Shown here piece after piece: positions 1 to 9,308 of a DNA stretch of 36,981 bases. The stretch lies in the IMG/VR virus record IMGVR_UViG_2703718854_000003, one strand, 5' to 3'. Made by a program: the position numbers and the translations under genes. The notes below the pieces were generated by a model. It was not told the origin of the DNA. It worked only from the letters and a program-made list of their open reading frames with translations, and made no database searches. The DNA is from a virus. Lineage: Duplodnaviria > Heunggongvirae > Uroviricota > Caudoviricetes. Numbering within the stretch: the stretch's first letter is position 1; each line of letters begins with the position of its first letter.

Positions 1-1053
1 TTACGGGGTAATGCCAACCGCTGCCGCCACTTTGTCGCCACTTGGCAGCGTTGCCAGAGGATTGAAACGGAGCGCCGTTTCCAGATGATCCGGTGCTAGA
101 TGTGCGTAACGCATAGTCATTTTTATGTCGTGATGTCCGAGGATTTTTTGCAAAGCAAGGATATTTCCACCCGACATCATGAAATGCGCCGCAAACGTAT
201 GGCGCAGAACGTGTGTCAGTTGACCGCGAGGGAGCACGATAGACGTTTTTCCCATCACAGATAAAAATTGAAAATAGCAGTCTGTGAAGAAATTGAACCC
301 ATCAAGCGCCATGATCTCTTCGTAAAGTTCTTTACTGATAGGGATGCTTCTGTTTTTCTTCCCCTTCGTTCTTACAAAGGTAATTCGGTATTTGGTCACC
401 TGTGAGCGGGTAAGATTTACAGCTTCACGCCAGCGTGCGCCTGTGCTTAAGCATATCTTAACTACCAGTGCCAGAATTGGGTCCTGACGTTTGCAATCAG
501 CCAGTAATTCAACAATCTGCTCATGGGTAAGCCATGCCATCTCTTTTTCTGCGATGGTGAATTTTCGCATGTTCTCCAGTGGGTTCGGATACGACCATTC
601 GCCCAGGCGGGATAGTTCGCTAAAAACACTACTAAGATAGCTTTGCTCCAGGTTAATGGTGACCGGGCTTGCTCCTTTCTTCCATTTTTCGCTGAAGTAG
701 ATCTCTCCTGTCAGGCGTTTATCTCGATAGTGGGCAAACATTTTAGAGGTGAGATCGGTTGCAATGGGATTTCCCAGAGCGTCAACCATCAACAGCAATT
801 TGTCATAGACATGCTGCCCAGCTGTCAGAGATTTACCATGTAGTTTGAACCATAGCTCAACCACGTCTTTCAGTGTTCGACGATCCACTGATTCACCCAG
901 CCAGGGTTTTGCTTCGGTTTCTTCCATCGTGTGACGCTCAAAAGCCAGAGCTTCGCCTTTGGTGGCGAATTGTTTACGCACACGACGTCCACTACGTCCG
1001 GCAGGGTAACATTCGCAAAGCCATTTTCCTGTGGTGAGTTTTCGTACTGCCAT
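1..1053 (-). CDS. int: Tyrosine recombinase / phage integrase (complete, 350 aa)
   Basis: C-terminal catalytic region LRHTFAAHFMMSGGNILALQKILGHHDIKMTMRYAHL shows the R..H-x-x-R..Y pattern of tyrosine integrases. Stop codon occupies window positions 1-3; position is next to the immunity region as in P2/186. Confidence 0.9.
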   Translation of the reverse strand: MAVRKLTTGKWLCECYPAGRSGRRVRKQFATKGEALAFERHTMEETEAKPWLGESVDRRTLKDVVELWFKLHGKSLTAGQHVYDKLLLMVDALGNPIATDLTSKMFAHYRDKRLTGEIYFSEKWKKGASPVTINLEQSYLSSVFSELSRLGEWSYPNPLENMRKFTIAEKEMAWLTHEQIVELLADCKRQDPILALVVKICLSTGARWREAVNLTRSQVTKYRITFVRTKGKKNRSIPISKELYEEIMALDGFNFFTDCYFQFLSVMGKTSIVLPRGQLTHVLRHTFAAHFMMSGGNILALQKILGHHDIKMTMRYAHLAPDHLETALRFNPLATLPSGDKVAAAVGITP

Positions 1054-1078
1054 AAAAAAGCCCTCATATCAGAGGGCT
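1053..1078 (-). terminator. Intrinsic terminator-like hairpin on minus strand (stem agccctc/gagggct, then T-run) immediately upstream of the int start codon
   Basis: Read on the minus strand: AGCCCTC-TGATAT-GAGGGCT-TTTTTT-ATG(int). The GAGGG arm doubles as the only SD-like sequence for int. Confidence 0.5.
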
Positions 1079-1139
1079 AAATTTAACTGTATATTTAAAC
1101 AGTTATCAATGTATGTTTAGGGTGAAATAAACATTGGCC

Positions 1140-2129
1140 TCACTCCTGTGCTTTTTCAGCGGTACTTGGCTTTAGTTTTTCTTTGGTTGAATCCCATAAA
1201 GATTGGATTCCCGGAGGGAGTTCTGTTTTGTCAGAAAATGCAGAGTTACCAGACATATTCCAGTCTTTAAAGACTAACACAGCATCTTCTTTTGTTGACG
1301 TGGAACCATAAATTTGCAGGAATACTTGCCCAAACATTAGTGCATGTCTTCTATCTTTTCTCAAAATTGATTCATGGGTATATTTTTTAGAGTTGCCAAG
1401 GCAAATATATGCTAGCCAAGAAAGAATGGAAATACCAATTAAACCACGTGTGAAAAAATAAAATAGCTCAAAGCCTTTAACATTGTTGAAGTCAATTGTG
1501 GCGTAGAGTGTATAAAATGATGCACATACAGCAAGTAGCCCGAAAATGCAGCCAGTAAAAGCCCATACTTGCGACATTCTAATGAAATATAAGTCATCTG
1601 AACTTAGTTCACTTTTAACGCTATCGACATATCCTGGTATTTTCTCATCAATCCTTTCTTGTTGTACTCGGCTTTGTAATTCGCTGTTAGAAGCTTCAAG
1701 TTGCTTTATTCTAGATACGGCTTGCTCAATAATTGCTTCTTTTTCAGAATTTAGTTTTTCTAAATTCTCATTCCGAAGATGTAACGTAGCTTTGGACTCT
1801 TCAGCCTCCAATAAACGTTTGGTATATGATCGCATTATCTCTCGAAGATGTTTTTGTTCTTTTATTAATTCATCTATCTTATTGTTTTCATTAATAAAAA
1901 TATCTCCAGCTTTATCGCTGTAGTTCATTTTTTCTTGCTGGGCTAATTTCCAGTAGTATTCTCTGAATTTATCAAGTTCACCTTTATTTAATAAGTCGAC
2001 TAAGTAGGCGCGTTCATTTTCATTAAATTTATGCAGATTTTCATTTAAAATATTATAAAGATCTTTCCATTCGCAATTAACTTTTTCAACATAATCGTTG
2101 TTTTCATTTTTTTTATTTTCAGAATTCAT
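1140..2129 (-). CDS. Hypothetical protein with N-terminal coiled-coil and C-terminal transmembrane helices; AT-rich cargo gene directly downstream of cI
   Basis: ORF-track frame 1140-2207; start placed at internal ATG (MNSENKK...) preceded by AAAGGAA, 10 nt after the CI stop. Heptad-like charged region (EKLNSEKEAIIEQAVSRIKQLEASNSELQ) followed by hydrophobic segments (WAFTGCIFGLLAVCASFYTLY; LIGISILSWLAYICLG). No family recognised. Confidence 0.6.
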   Translation of the reverse strand: MNSENKKNENNDYVEKVNCEWKDLYNILNENLHKFNENERAYLVDLLNKGELDKFREYYWKLAQQEKMNYSDKAGDIFINENNKIDELIKEQKHLREIMRSYTKRLLEAEESKATLHLRNENLEKLNSEKEAIIEQAVSRIKQLEASNSELQSRVQQERIDEKIPGYVDSVKSELSSDDLYFIRMSQVWAFTGCIFGLLAVCASFYTLYATIDFNNVKGFELFYFFTRGLIGISILSWLAYICLGNSKKYTHESILRKDRRHALMFGQVFLQIYGSTSTKEDAVLVFKDWNMSGNSAFSDKTELPPGIQSLWDSTKEKLKPSTAEKAQE

Positions 2130-2139
2130 GTATGTTCCT

Positions 2140-3078
2140 TTAAATTTCCTTTGAAAAAACGCAACAACATTTTGCGATGGTTGTAATGTCTTCAAGCTTA
2201 CAAACAAAATCAGTTGTATCTGATGTGATTTTTACTTTTCCAACTGGAATTCTTGTTAATTTTCTTAAACTTACTTTACCTTCAATCTCAATCAACCAAC
2301 TACCATCTGAAACATCATCATATTCTGTATCTGCAATAAAGGTTTTTCCTTCTGCGGTAACTCCAATAGGTTTTTTCAATCCGGAAGGTATAAGCGTCTT
2401 GTCAAATGCTAAGTAGCCTTCATCATGTAATTTACCGTCAATGATTGTTTGGTGTTTAAGTTGGGCTACAGAGCTGGAATTATCGATAAATTTGGGGCCA
2501 TTGCCGTTTGTGAGCCAGAGTAATGAAGTTCCTGTTTCAAGAGCGCATTGAATGATCCAATCGCTAGGAAACGTGTCTCGTAAGTACCTGTTTGCTACAG
2601 TGCTTTTTGAAACCTGCAAATGGTTTGCTAGGGCTTGTCGGGTGCTAAAGCCGTAGGCTGCGACTAAGCGATCAATTGCCGCCTTCCCTCCTTTATTAGG
2701 ATTTATGCTGGTCTCGATTGGGAACTTTTGGGCTATTGAGTTAGTTCTATCCAGGTCATCAGATTTGGTATGGGCTAAACGTTCATCATTTAATAAAACT
2801 GAGGATGATTCACAGCTGATTCCCGATGCCAACCAGTCGATAGATGCGCCGGTCTCTATACTGCAAATTATCACCCAGTCAGCAGGAAATGTGTCACGAG
2901 CATACCTGTTAGCCATCGTGCTTTGTGAGATACCCAGATGATTGCAAAATGCTTGCCGCGAAGTAAAACCATACGCAACAAGTATACGCTCAATTACTTT
3001 CTGTCCCCCACGGTTTTGCATTATTGAAGTTTTTAGACTCTCGCTAATATGGCGAAATGTGTTTTTTTGAGTTGACAT
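2140..3078 (-). CDS. cI: CI-type immunity repressor (phage 186 CI family) with tandemly duplicated N-terminal HTH domain
   Basis: Two consecutive copies of the motif (V/A)IxRLVAAYGF(T/S)(S/T)RQA..NHL..S.ST.ANRY.RDTFP.DW(I/V)I.C(S/A).ETG.S..WL (roughly aa 27-84 and 134-191), then a C-terminal domain (SDGSWLIEIEGKVSLRKLTRIPVGKV) resembling 186 CI as I recall it. Divergent from the Apl-like gene. Confidence 0.75.
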   Translation of the reverse strand: MSTQKNTFRHISESLKTSIMQNRGGQKVIERILVAYGFTSRQAFCNHLGISQSTMANRYARDTFPADWVIICSIETGASIDWLASGISCESSSVLLNDERLAHTKSDDLDRTNSIAQKFPIETSINPNKGGKAAIDRLVAAYGFSTRQALANHLQVSKSTVANRYLRDTFPSDWIIQCALETGTSLLWLTNGNGPKFIDNSSSVAQLKHQTIIDGKLHDEGYLAFDKTLIPSGLKKPIGVTAEGKTFIADTEYDDVSDGSWLIEIEGKVSLRKLTRIPVGKVKITSDTTDFVCKLEDITTIAKCCCVFSKEI

Positions 3079-3166
3079 AACCGTTATGAGATCCTAATCT
3101 CCGTTTTGTGAAGTTCTGGTCACAATTCAAACCGGCTCACCACAAGCCAATAGGAGATGTTGCATC
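3079..3166. promoter_or_regulatory. Lysis-lysogeny switch intergenic region (divergent repressor/early promoters and operators, not resolved)
   Basis: 88-bp gap between divergent cI and apl/cox-like genes; contains short inverted repeat GAGAT-N4-ATCTC. Promoter and operator positions not determined. Confidence 0.4.
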
Positions 3167-3388
3167 ATGACCCCTAACATTTCAATAACTCTGAATACGC
3201 CACATGTCACAATTGAGCGTTATAGCGAACTTACTGGTCTTTCAATCGATACAATTAACGATATGCTGGCTGACGGTCGCATCCCTCGGCATCGCCTTCG
3301 GAAAGACAAGAAAAGAGAAAAGGTGATGATCAACCTTGCTGCTCTTACCGTTGATGCACTTACTGATTGCAATGTTGTATTCAACTAG
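3167..3388 (+). CDS. Apl/Cox-like small DNA-binding protein (excisionase / switch regulator)
   Basis: 73 aa, first gene of the early operon divergent from cI; HTH-like segment [27 protein letters not shown]; AGGAGA upstream of ATG. Confidence 0.6.
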   Translation: MTPNISITLNTPHVTIERYSELTGLSIDTINDMLADGRIPRHRLRKDKKREKVMINLAALTVDALTDCNVVFN

Positions 3389-3420
3389 TTCCATTTTGGG
3401 ATACATCAGGGGTATCGACC

Positions 3421-3930
3421 ATGTTTGATTACCAAGTTTCCAAACATCCACATTTTGATGAAGCCTGTCGTGCATTCGCATTGCGCCACAACCTGGTGCA
3501 ACTGGCAGAACGTGCTGGCATGAATGTGCAGATTCTGCGGAACAAGCTGAACCCATCTCAACCTCATTTATTAACCGCACCAGAAATCTGGCTGCTTACC
3601 GATCTGACTGAAGATTCAACGCTGGTAGATGGTTTTCTGGCACAGATTCACTGCCTGCCATGTGTACCGATTAATGAGGTTGCAAAAGAGAAACTGCCGC
3701 ATTACGTCATGAGCGCAACTGCAGAGATCGGACGTGTTGCAGCAGGTGCGGTATCTGGTGATGTAAAAACTAGTGCCGGTCGTCGTGATGCTATCAGCAG
3801 CATTAACTCTGTAACACGACTGATGGCGCTGGCTGCTGTTTCATTGCAGGCCCGTTTACAGGCTAATCCTGCGATGGCGAGTGCAGTTGATACCGTGACT
3901 GGCCTCGGTGCTTCATTCGGTTTGCTGTGA
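3421..3930 (+). CDS. CII-like lysogeny establishment activator (186 CII-like, about 169 aa)
   Basis: Start placed at internal ATG ([10 protein letters not shown]...). Position immediately after the apl-like gene and size match 186 cII; the sequence resemblance is recalled from memory only. Confidence 0.5.
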   Translation: MFDYQVSKHPHFDEACRAFALRHNLVQLAERAGMNVQILRNKLNPSQPHLLTAPEIWLLTDLTEDSTLVDGFLAQIHCLPCVPINEVAKEKLPHYVMSATAEIGRVAAGAVSGDVKTSAGRRDAISSINSVTRLMALAAVSLQARLQANPAMASAVDTVTGLGASFGLL

Positions 3931-3937
3931 GGTGCTT

Positions 3938-4138
3938 ATGCTGACGAAAGAACCATCATTTGCATCGCTGCTGGTAAAACAAAGCCCGGCAATGCACTAC
4001 GGTCACGGCTGGATCATGGGTGAGGATGGTAAACGCTGGCATCCGTGCCGTTCACAAGATGAATTGCTGGCAGAACTATCTACGAAAAAACGGGGGAACA
4101 AATGGCTATTGAAGGCGCTGCGACGACTGTTCCATTAA
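3938..4138 (+). CDS. Hypothetical small early protein
   Basis: ORF in early operon; start at ATG after GAGGTG; no recognisable motif. Confidence 0.35.
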   Translation: MLTKEPSFASLLVKQSPAMHYGHGWIMGEDGKRWHPCRSQDELLAELSTKKRGNKWLLKALRRLFH

Positions 4139-4443
4139 GCCCCGGCGAACGCCTGAATGGACTTAATCACATAGCGGAATTAAGGGCAAAAGTTTTTGGC
4201 CTGAATATTGAGTCAGAGCTTGAGCGGTTTATTAAAGATATGCGTGATCCACGGGATATCAATAACGAACAAAATAAACGAGCACTGGCAGCCATATTCT
4301 TTATGGCAAAAATTCCGGCTGAACGTCATAGCATCAGCATCAATGAGCTGACCACTGACGAAAAGCGGGAGTTGATTAAAGCAATGAATCATTTTCGTGC
4401 AGTGGTGAGCTTATTTCCCAGACGGCTAACCATGCCGAATTAA
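4102..4443 (+). CDS. Hypothetical early protein (113 aa)
   Basis: ORF with GGGGGAA upstream of ATG; overlaps the previous ORF in another frame. Confidence 0.4.
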   Translation: MAIEGAATTVPLSPGERLNGLNHIAELRAKVFGLNIESELERFIKDMRDPRDINNEQNKRALAAIFFMAKIPAERHSISINELTTDEKRELIKAMNHFRAVVSLFPRRLTMPN

Positions 4444-4510
4444 CCAACTAATGAAATTAATGGCGTAAACCCGCCGAGCATCCCTTTATCTAAATTCAGG
4501 AGAATTGATT

Positions 4511-4744
4511 ATGCGTAATATTGAGATCCTCACGACTAAAACCGGATCGGATGATGCAGGGCTTAATATTTTACTGACAGAGGCTCGTCTGGAAGAACGC
4601 CGGGCAAGGGCTGAAGCAATGGCAGCTCGCCTTGATAGCCTGGCGTGTCATATCTCATCCCGTCAGCTAAACCACGTGGAAGCGGCAGAACTGCTGCGTG
4701 TGACTGCTGAAGCAATCCAGAACGAAGCGCAGGAGATCCACTAA
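4511..4744 (+). CDS. Hypothetical early protein (77 aa)
   Basis: ATG at 4511 preceded by AGGAGAA; acidic/helical small protein. Confidence 0.45.
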   Translation: MRNIEILTTKTGSDDAGLNILLTEARLEERRARAEAMAARLDSLACHISSRQLNHVEAAELLRVTAEAIQNEAQEIH

Positions 4745-4971
4745 TGGCTGATGCAATGGATCTCGTACAGCAGCGCGTTGAAGAAGAACGCCAGCGCCAT
4801 ATCCGTGCTGCCCGTGCCAAAACACCGGGCGTGTCTCGCGTGCTTTGCATTGAGTGTGAAGCGCCAATTCCGCCAGCACGCCGCCGTGCCATTCCGGGTG
4901 TGCAGCTTTGCATTACCTGCCAGGAAATTGCAGAGCTGAAAGGCAAACATTACAACGGAGGTGCTGTATGA
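4744..4971 (+). CDS. TraR/DksA-family C4 zinc-finger protein
   Basis: CxxC...CxxC motif (CIECEAPIPPARRRAIPGVQLCITCQ) typical of phage TraR-like proteins; start overlaps the previous stop. Confidence 0.7.
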   Translation: MADAMDLVQQRVEEERQRHIRAARAKTPGVSRVLCIECEAPIPPARRRAIPGVQLCITCQEIAELKGKHYNGGAV

Positions 4972-5825
4972 GCACCATCCTGAAATGGGCGGGAAATAAA
5001 ACCGCCATTATGTCCGAACTGAAAAAACACCTTCCTGCTGGCCCGCGACTGGTTGAACCTTTCGCGGGTTCCTGTGCTGTGATGATGGAGACGGATTACC
5101 CCAGCTATCTTGTTGCGGATATTAATCCTGATTTAATCAACCTCTATAAAAAGGTTGCTGCTGATTGCGAGGCGTTTATATCTCGTGCCAGAGCTTTATT
5201 TGAGGAAGCAAACAGGGAGTTGGCTTATTACAACATAAGACAGGAGTTTAATTACTCCACTGAAATTACTGATTTCATGAAAGCGGTATATTTCCTGTAT
5301 CTCAATCGTCATGGTTACCGTGGGTTATGTCGTTATAACAAGAGCGGGCATTTCAACATTCCATACGGTAATTATAAAAATCCGTATTTCCCTGAAAAAG
5401 AAATTCGCGCATTTGCAGAGAAAGCCCAGCAAGCAACGTTTATCTGCGCCAGCTTTGATGAAACGCTGGCGATGCTGCAGGTGGGGGATGTGGTGTATTG
5501 CGATCCGCCTTATGACGGTACGTTTTCCGGCTATCACACTAACGGCTTCACTGAAGATGACCAGTATCACCTGGCATCTGTTCTTGAATATCGATCATCA
5601 GAAGGTCATCCAGTCATTGTTTCTAACAGTGACACATCCCTGATCCGTTCGCTGTATCGAAATTTCACTCACCACTACATCAAGGCAAAACGCAGCATCG
5701 GCGTGTCGGCTGGCGAGAGTAAATCTGCAACAGAAATCATCGCTGTTTCTGGGGCGCGCTGCTGGGTGGGATTTGATCCTTCGCGTGGCGTGGATAGTTC
5801 TGCCGTGTACGGAGTGCGTGCATGA
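4968..5825 (+). CDS. dam: DNA adenine methyltransferase (Dam-like, GATC N6-adenine MTase family)
   Basis: N-terminal SAM-binding motif LKWAGNK...PFAGSCAV and catalytic DPPY motif (VVYCDPPY). Start chosen at ATG 4968 overlapping the upstream stop (ATGA), not the ORF-track start 4908. Confidence 0.85.
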   Translation: MSTILKWAGNKTAIMSELKKHLPAGPRLVEPFAGSCAVMMETDYPSYLVADINPDLINLYKKVAADCEAFISRARALFEEANRELAYYNIRQEFNYSTEITDFMKAVYFLYLNRHGYRGLCRYNKSGHFNIPYGNYKNPYFPEKEIRAFAEKAQQATFICASFDETLAMLQVGDVVYCDPPYDGTFSGYHTNGFTEDDQYHLASVLEYRSSEGHPVIVSNSDTSLIRSLYRNFTHHYIKAKRSIGVSAGESKSATEIIAVSGARCWVGFDPSRGVDSSAVYGVRA

Positions 5826-8236
5826 GCCATGCTGATATGAACAACTGCAGCGGCTTTAACGAGGCCGCCGCAGCATTCTCATGGAACAGCCCGAAAAAGG
5901 CTATTAACCCTTATCTGGACCTGGCGGAAGTTGCGCCGGTTTCTGCGCTTTCAAACCTGATCACTCTGTACGCTGCCGATAACGAGCAGGAACAACTGCG
6001 CCGCGAGGCACTGAGTGATCAGGTTTGGGAGCGTTATTTCTTTAATGAATCCCGTGATCCTGTCCAGCGCGAAATGGAGCAGGATAAGTTCATTAGCCGG
6101 GCAAAGTTGGCGCATGAGCAGCAGCGTTTTAACCCGGACATGGTCATTCTGGCAGACGTTAACGCCCAGCCTTCCCATATCAGCAGGCCGCTGATGCAAC
6201 GTATTGAATACTTCAGCAGCCTTGGCAGGCCAAAGGCTTATTCCCGCTATTTACGTGAGACGATTAAGCCATGTCTGGAACGGCTGGAGCATGTACGCGA
6301 CAGTCAGCTATCCACTTCTTTTCGCTTTATGGCAAGCCATGAAGGGCTGGACGGCCTGCTGATTCTGCCTGAAATGAGTCAGGATCAGGTGAAACGCCTG
6401 TCCACCCTTGTTGCTGCGCATATGAGCATGTGCCTTGATGCAGCTTGTGGCGATTTGTATGCCACCGATGACGTTAAGCCAGAAGAAATCCGCAAGACAT
6501 GGGAAAAGGTGGCAGCAGAAACCCTGCGACTGGATGTCATACCGCCTGCGTTTGAGCAACTCCGCCGGAAAAGAAACCGCCGTAAACCCGTGCCCTATGA
6601 ACTCATTCCGGGTTCGCTGGCGCGTATGTTGTGCGCCGATTGGTGGTACCGGAAATTATGGAAGATGCGTTGCGAATGGCGGGAAGAGCAGTTGCGTGCT
6701 GTTTGCCTGGTCAGCAAAAAAGCATCTCCCTATGTCAGCTATGAAGCCATGATGCATAAACGTGAGCAGCGCCGTAAGTCGCTGGAGTTTTTCCGTTCTC
6801 ATGAACTGGTGAACGAAGACGGCGACACGCTGGACATGGAGGATGTGGTAAACGCCAGCAGCAGCAACCCTGCGCATCGCCGCAATGAGATGATGGCCTG
6901 TGTTAAAGGTCTGGAGCTTATCGCGGAAATGCGCGGTGACTGCGCCGTTTTCTACACCATCACCTGTCCGTCACGTTTCCATTCCACGCTAAATAACGGC
7001 AGGCCCAACCCGACCTGGACAAATACGACGGTAAGACAAAGCAGTGATTATCTGGTCGGCATGTTTGCTGCATTTCGTAAGGCGATGCACAAAGCCGGAT
7101 TGCGCTGGTATGGCGTGCGGGTGGCTGAGCCGCATCATGACGGTACAGTTCACTGGCACCTGTTGTGTTTTATGCGCAAAAAAGATCGCCGCACCATTAC
7201 TGCTTTGTTGCGTAAGTTTGCCATTCGTGAAGACCGCGAGGAGCTGGGTAATAACACGGGACCACGCTTTAAGTCTGAGCTGATAAACCCGCGCAAAGGT
7301 ACGCCAACAAGCTACATCGCGAAATACATCAGTAAGAACATTGACGGGCGTGGTCTGGCTGGCGAGATCAGCAAGGAAACGGGTAAATCCCTGCGTGATA
7401 ACGCTGAATACGTTAATGCCTGGGCGTCTCTGCATCGTGTTCAGCAATTCCGCTTCTTTGGCATTCCGGGGCGTCAGGCTTACCGTGAACTGCGATTGCT
7501 GGCTGGTCAGGCGGCAAGGCAACAGGGGGACAAAAAAGCAGGTGCGCCGGTACTGGATAACCCGCGCCTTGATGCAATCCTGGCTGCTGCTGATGCTGGT
7601 TGTTTTGCCACCTACATCATGAAGCAGGGCGGCGTACTGGTTCCCCGCAAATATCACCTCATCAGAACTGCTTATGAAATCAACGAAGAACCGACCGCAT
7701 ATGGCGATCACGGTATTCGTATTTATGGCATCTGGTCACCCATTGCAGAGGGCAAGATCTGCACTCATGCGGTGAAGTGGAAAATGGTTCGTAAGGCCGT
7801 TGACGTTCAGGAGGCGGCAGCCGACCAGGGCGCTTGCGCCCCTTGGACTCGTGGCAATAACTGTCCCCTTGCTGAAAATTTGTACCAACAAGGGAAAGAC
7901 AAATCAGCTGATGGGGATACCAGAACGGATATCACCCGTATGGATGACAAGGAGTTGCACGATTACCTGCACAGTATGAACAAAAAAGAGCGCCGGGAAC
8001 TGGCTGCAAGGTTACGCCTGGTGAAACCGAAACGGCGTAGAGACTACAAACAGCGAATTACAGACCATCAACGACAGCAGCTCGTCTATGAACTGAAGTC
8101 CAGAGGATTTGATGGCAGCGAGAAAGAGGTCGATTTACTCCTTCGCGGCGGCAGCATTCCGTCAGGAGCAGGCCTGCGTATCTTCTATCGGAACCAGCGT
8201 TTGCAGGAAGATGATAAGTGGCGGAACCTGTATTAA
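5822..8236 (+). CDS. A: Rolling-circle replication initiator endonuclease (P2 gpA family)
   Basis: 804 aa; HUH-type motif [10 protein letters not shown] and active-site tyrosine motif [12 protein letters not shown]; position after the early operon as in P2/186. Confidence 0.85.
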   Translation: MSHADMNNCSGFNEAAAAFSWNSPKKAINPYLDLAEVAPVSALSNLITLYAADNEQEQLRREALSDQVWERYFFNESRDPVQREMEQDKFISRAKLAHEQQRFNPDMVILADVNAQPSHISRPLMQRIEYFSSLGRPKAYSRYLRETIKPCLERLEHVRDSQLSTSFRFMASHEGLDGLLILPEMSQDQVKRLSTLVAAHMSMCLDAACGDLYATDDVKPEEIRKTWEKVAAETLRLDVIPPAFEQLRRKRNRRKPVPYELIPGSLARMLCADWWYRKLWKMRCEWREEQLRAVCLVSKKASPYVSYEAMMHKREQRRKSLEFFRSHELVNEDGDTLDMEDVVNASSSNPAHRRNEMMACVKGLELIAEMRGDCAVFYTITCPSRFHSTLNNGRPNPTWTNTTVRQSSDYLVGMFAAFRKAMHKAGLRWYGVRVAEPHHDGTVHWHLLCFMRKKDRRTITALLRKFAIREDREELGNNTGPRFKSELINPRKGTPTSYIAKYISKNIDGRGLAGEISKETGKSLRDNAEYVNAWASLHRVQQFRFFGIPGRQAYRELRLLAGQAARQQGDKKAGAPVLDNPRLDAILAAADAGCFATYIMKQGGVLVPRKYHLIRTAYEINEEPTAYGDHGIRIYGIWSPIAEGKICTHAVKWKMVRKAVDVQEAAADQGACAPWTRGNNCPLAENLYQQGKDKSADGDTRTDITRMDDKELHDYLHSMNKKERRELAARLRLVKPKRRRDYKQRITDHQRQQLVYELKSRGFDGSEKEVDLLLRGGSIPSGAGLRIFYRNQRLQEDDKWRNLY

Positions 8237-8328
8237 TTACGCGGGTTAACAATTCGTGCTCTTAATAATACCCGGCATATCAGGCTGATGAACGTAAAAA
8301 AACGTTTTACATCAGTAAGATTATTATA

Positions 8329-8348
8329 TACTGTAAATATTAACAGTG
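8329..8348 (+). promoter_or_regulatory. LexA box (SOS operator) overlapping a sigma70-like promoter
   Basis: TACTGTAAATATTAACAGTG matches CTGT-N8-ACAG exactly (CTGT 8331-8334, ACAG 8343-8346); TTTACA (8306-8311) and TATACT (8327-8332) are candidate -35/-10 elements. Confidence 0.7.
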
Positions 8349-8390
8349 GTTATGCATACAGTATTGCTTGTGGTGTCATAGGAGGAAAGA

Positions 8391-8578
8391 TGCAGGACTA
8401 TTTTTGGGAGTCTTTGAAGCTCCAACGCATTGATTTTTTTCTTAAGCTTGTAGCGGCTAGTGAGTGTAGTGATGAAGAGAAGGGGTTGGCCCTGCAGTGG
8501 GTTTCTGAACTGACAGATGAACTCATGGCAAAAATCAGAAGCCACGAATACAACCGCTCAATGGATGTCATCAGCTGA
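8391..8578 (+). CDS. Hypothetical small protein, first gene of the LexA-controlled operon (possible Tum-like antirepressor component)
   Basis: ATG at 8391 preceded by GGAGGAAAG; 62 aa. The Tum-like role is inferred from position only. Confidence 0.45.
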
Positions 8579-8588
8579 GGGGACTTTT

Positions 8589-8822
8589 ATGCGCATTGAA
8601 ATAATGATCGATAAAGAGCAGAAGATTAGCCAGTCTACCCTGGACGCCCTTGAATCCGAGCTTTACCGCAATCTGCGCCCCCTATATCCCAAAACGGTAA
8701 TTCGTATCCGTAAAGGTAGCTCTAACGGTGTGGAACTGACCGGACTGCAACTGGACGAAGAAAGGAAGCAAGTGATGAAAATTATGCAGAAGGTGTGGGA
8801 AGACGACAGCTGGCTGCATTAA
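8589..8822 (+). CDS. DinI-family protein
   Basis: 78 aa; MRIEIMIDKEQ...ALESELYRNL...KIMQKVWEDDSWL resembles E. coli DinI (MRIEV...ALAGELSRRI...EILQETWESADDWF) as I recall it; ATG preceded by GAGGGGA. Confidence 0.7.
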   Translation: MRIEIMIDKEQKISQSTLDALESELYRNLRPLYPKTVIRIRKGSSNGVELTGLQLDEERKQVMKIMQKVWEDDSWLH

Positions 8823-9092
8823 GAAACGTTGCTGGCGTCTGAACTTGCTTCTGGCGTCAGCAAGGTTGAACAACGAGCTATGCGAGGCGTTAGTGTCAAT
8901 TTGTTATCTTAACCACTATATATGCCAGGAAATTAACAGTTCTTAAGAAACCGCTTGCATGATCGAGCGCATTGAACTTAAGTTTAAGTAACGAAATCAA
9001 CAGATGATATTGTTGTCTAAATTTTAAAGATAATCTGTTGAGGTTGTAGGCGTCGGAGTGTAGACTTCCGCGCCATGTGAAAAGGGGGAGTT

Positions 9093-9308
9093 ATGTCAAG
9101 CATCGCCGCATTTAGCCTGGGTAACCCAGTTGAACGTCTGGCAAGGGTTCTTAAAGAGAACCAGGACAAACTCAATCTTAGTAAAGATGGTTTTGTGTCC
9201 GTAGACTTGTCTAACAAAAGAGCAATGGATGCCATCAAGGCACAGATGGATAAGCTTGAAGGCATCAAAACGAGCACTGTAAAAGAGAAAACTAATAGAA
9301 CCAGATAA
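9093..9308 (+). CDS. Hypothetical small protein (71 aa)
   Basis: Strong SD (AAAGGGGGAG) 3-12 nt upstream of ATG; stop overlaps the start of the next gene (TAATG). Confidence 0.55.
   Translation: MSSIAAFSLGNPVERLARVLKENQDKLNLSKDGFVSVDLSNKRAMDAIKAQMDKLEGIKTSTVKEKTNRTR

Noticed and set aside
3242-3580. 112-aa minus-strand ORF antisense to the apl-like and cII-like genes
   Set aside because: Lies entirely within better-supported plus-strand genes; no SD or motif; treated as a shadow ORF.
4908-4967. ORF-track upstream start for the Dam methylase
   Set aside because: It overlaps the TraR-like gene in another frame; ATG 4968 gives the conserved MTase N-terminus and an ATGA stop-start overlap.
6308-7711. 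Minus-strand ORFs inside replication gene A
   Set aside because: Antisense to a long gene with clear catalytic motifs; no independent support.
8823-9092. Possible terminator or promoter structures between the DinI-like gene and the 71-aa ORF (repeated CTGGCGTC)
   Set aside because: The repeats are direct rather than a clean hairpin with T-run; I could not assign a function confidently.
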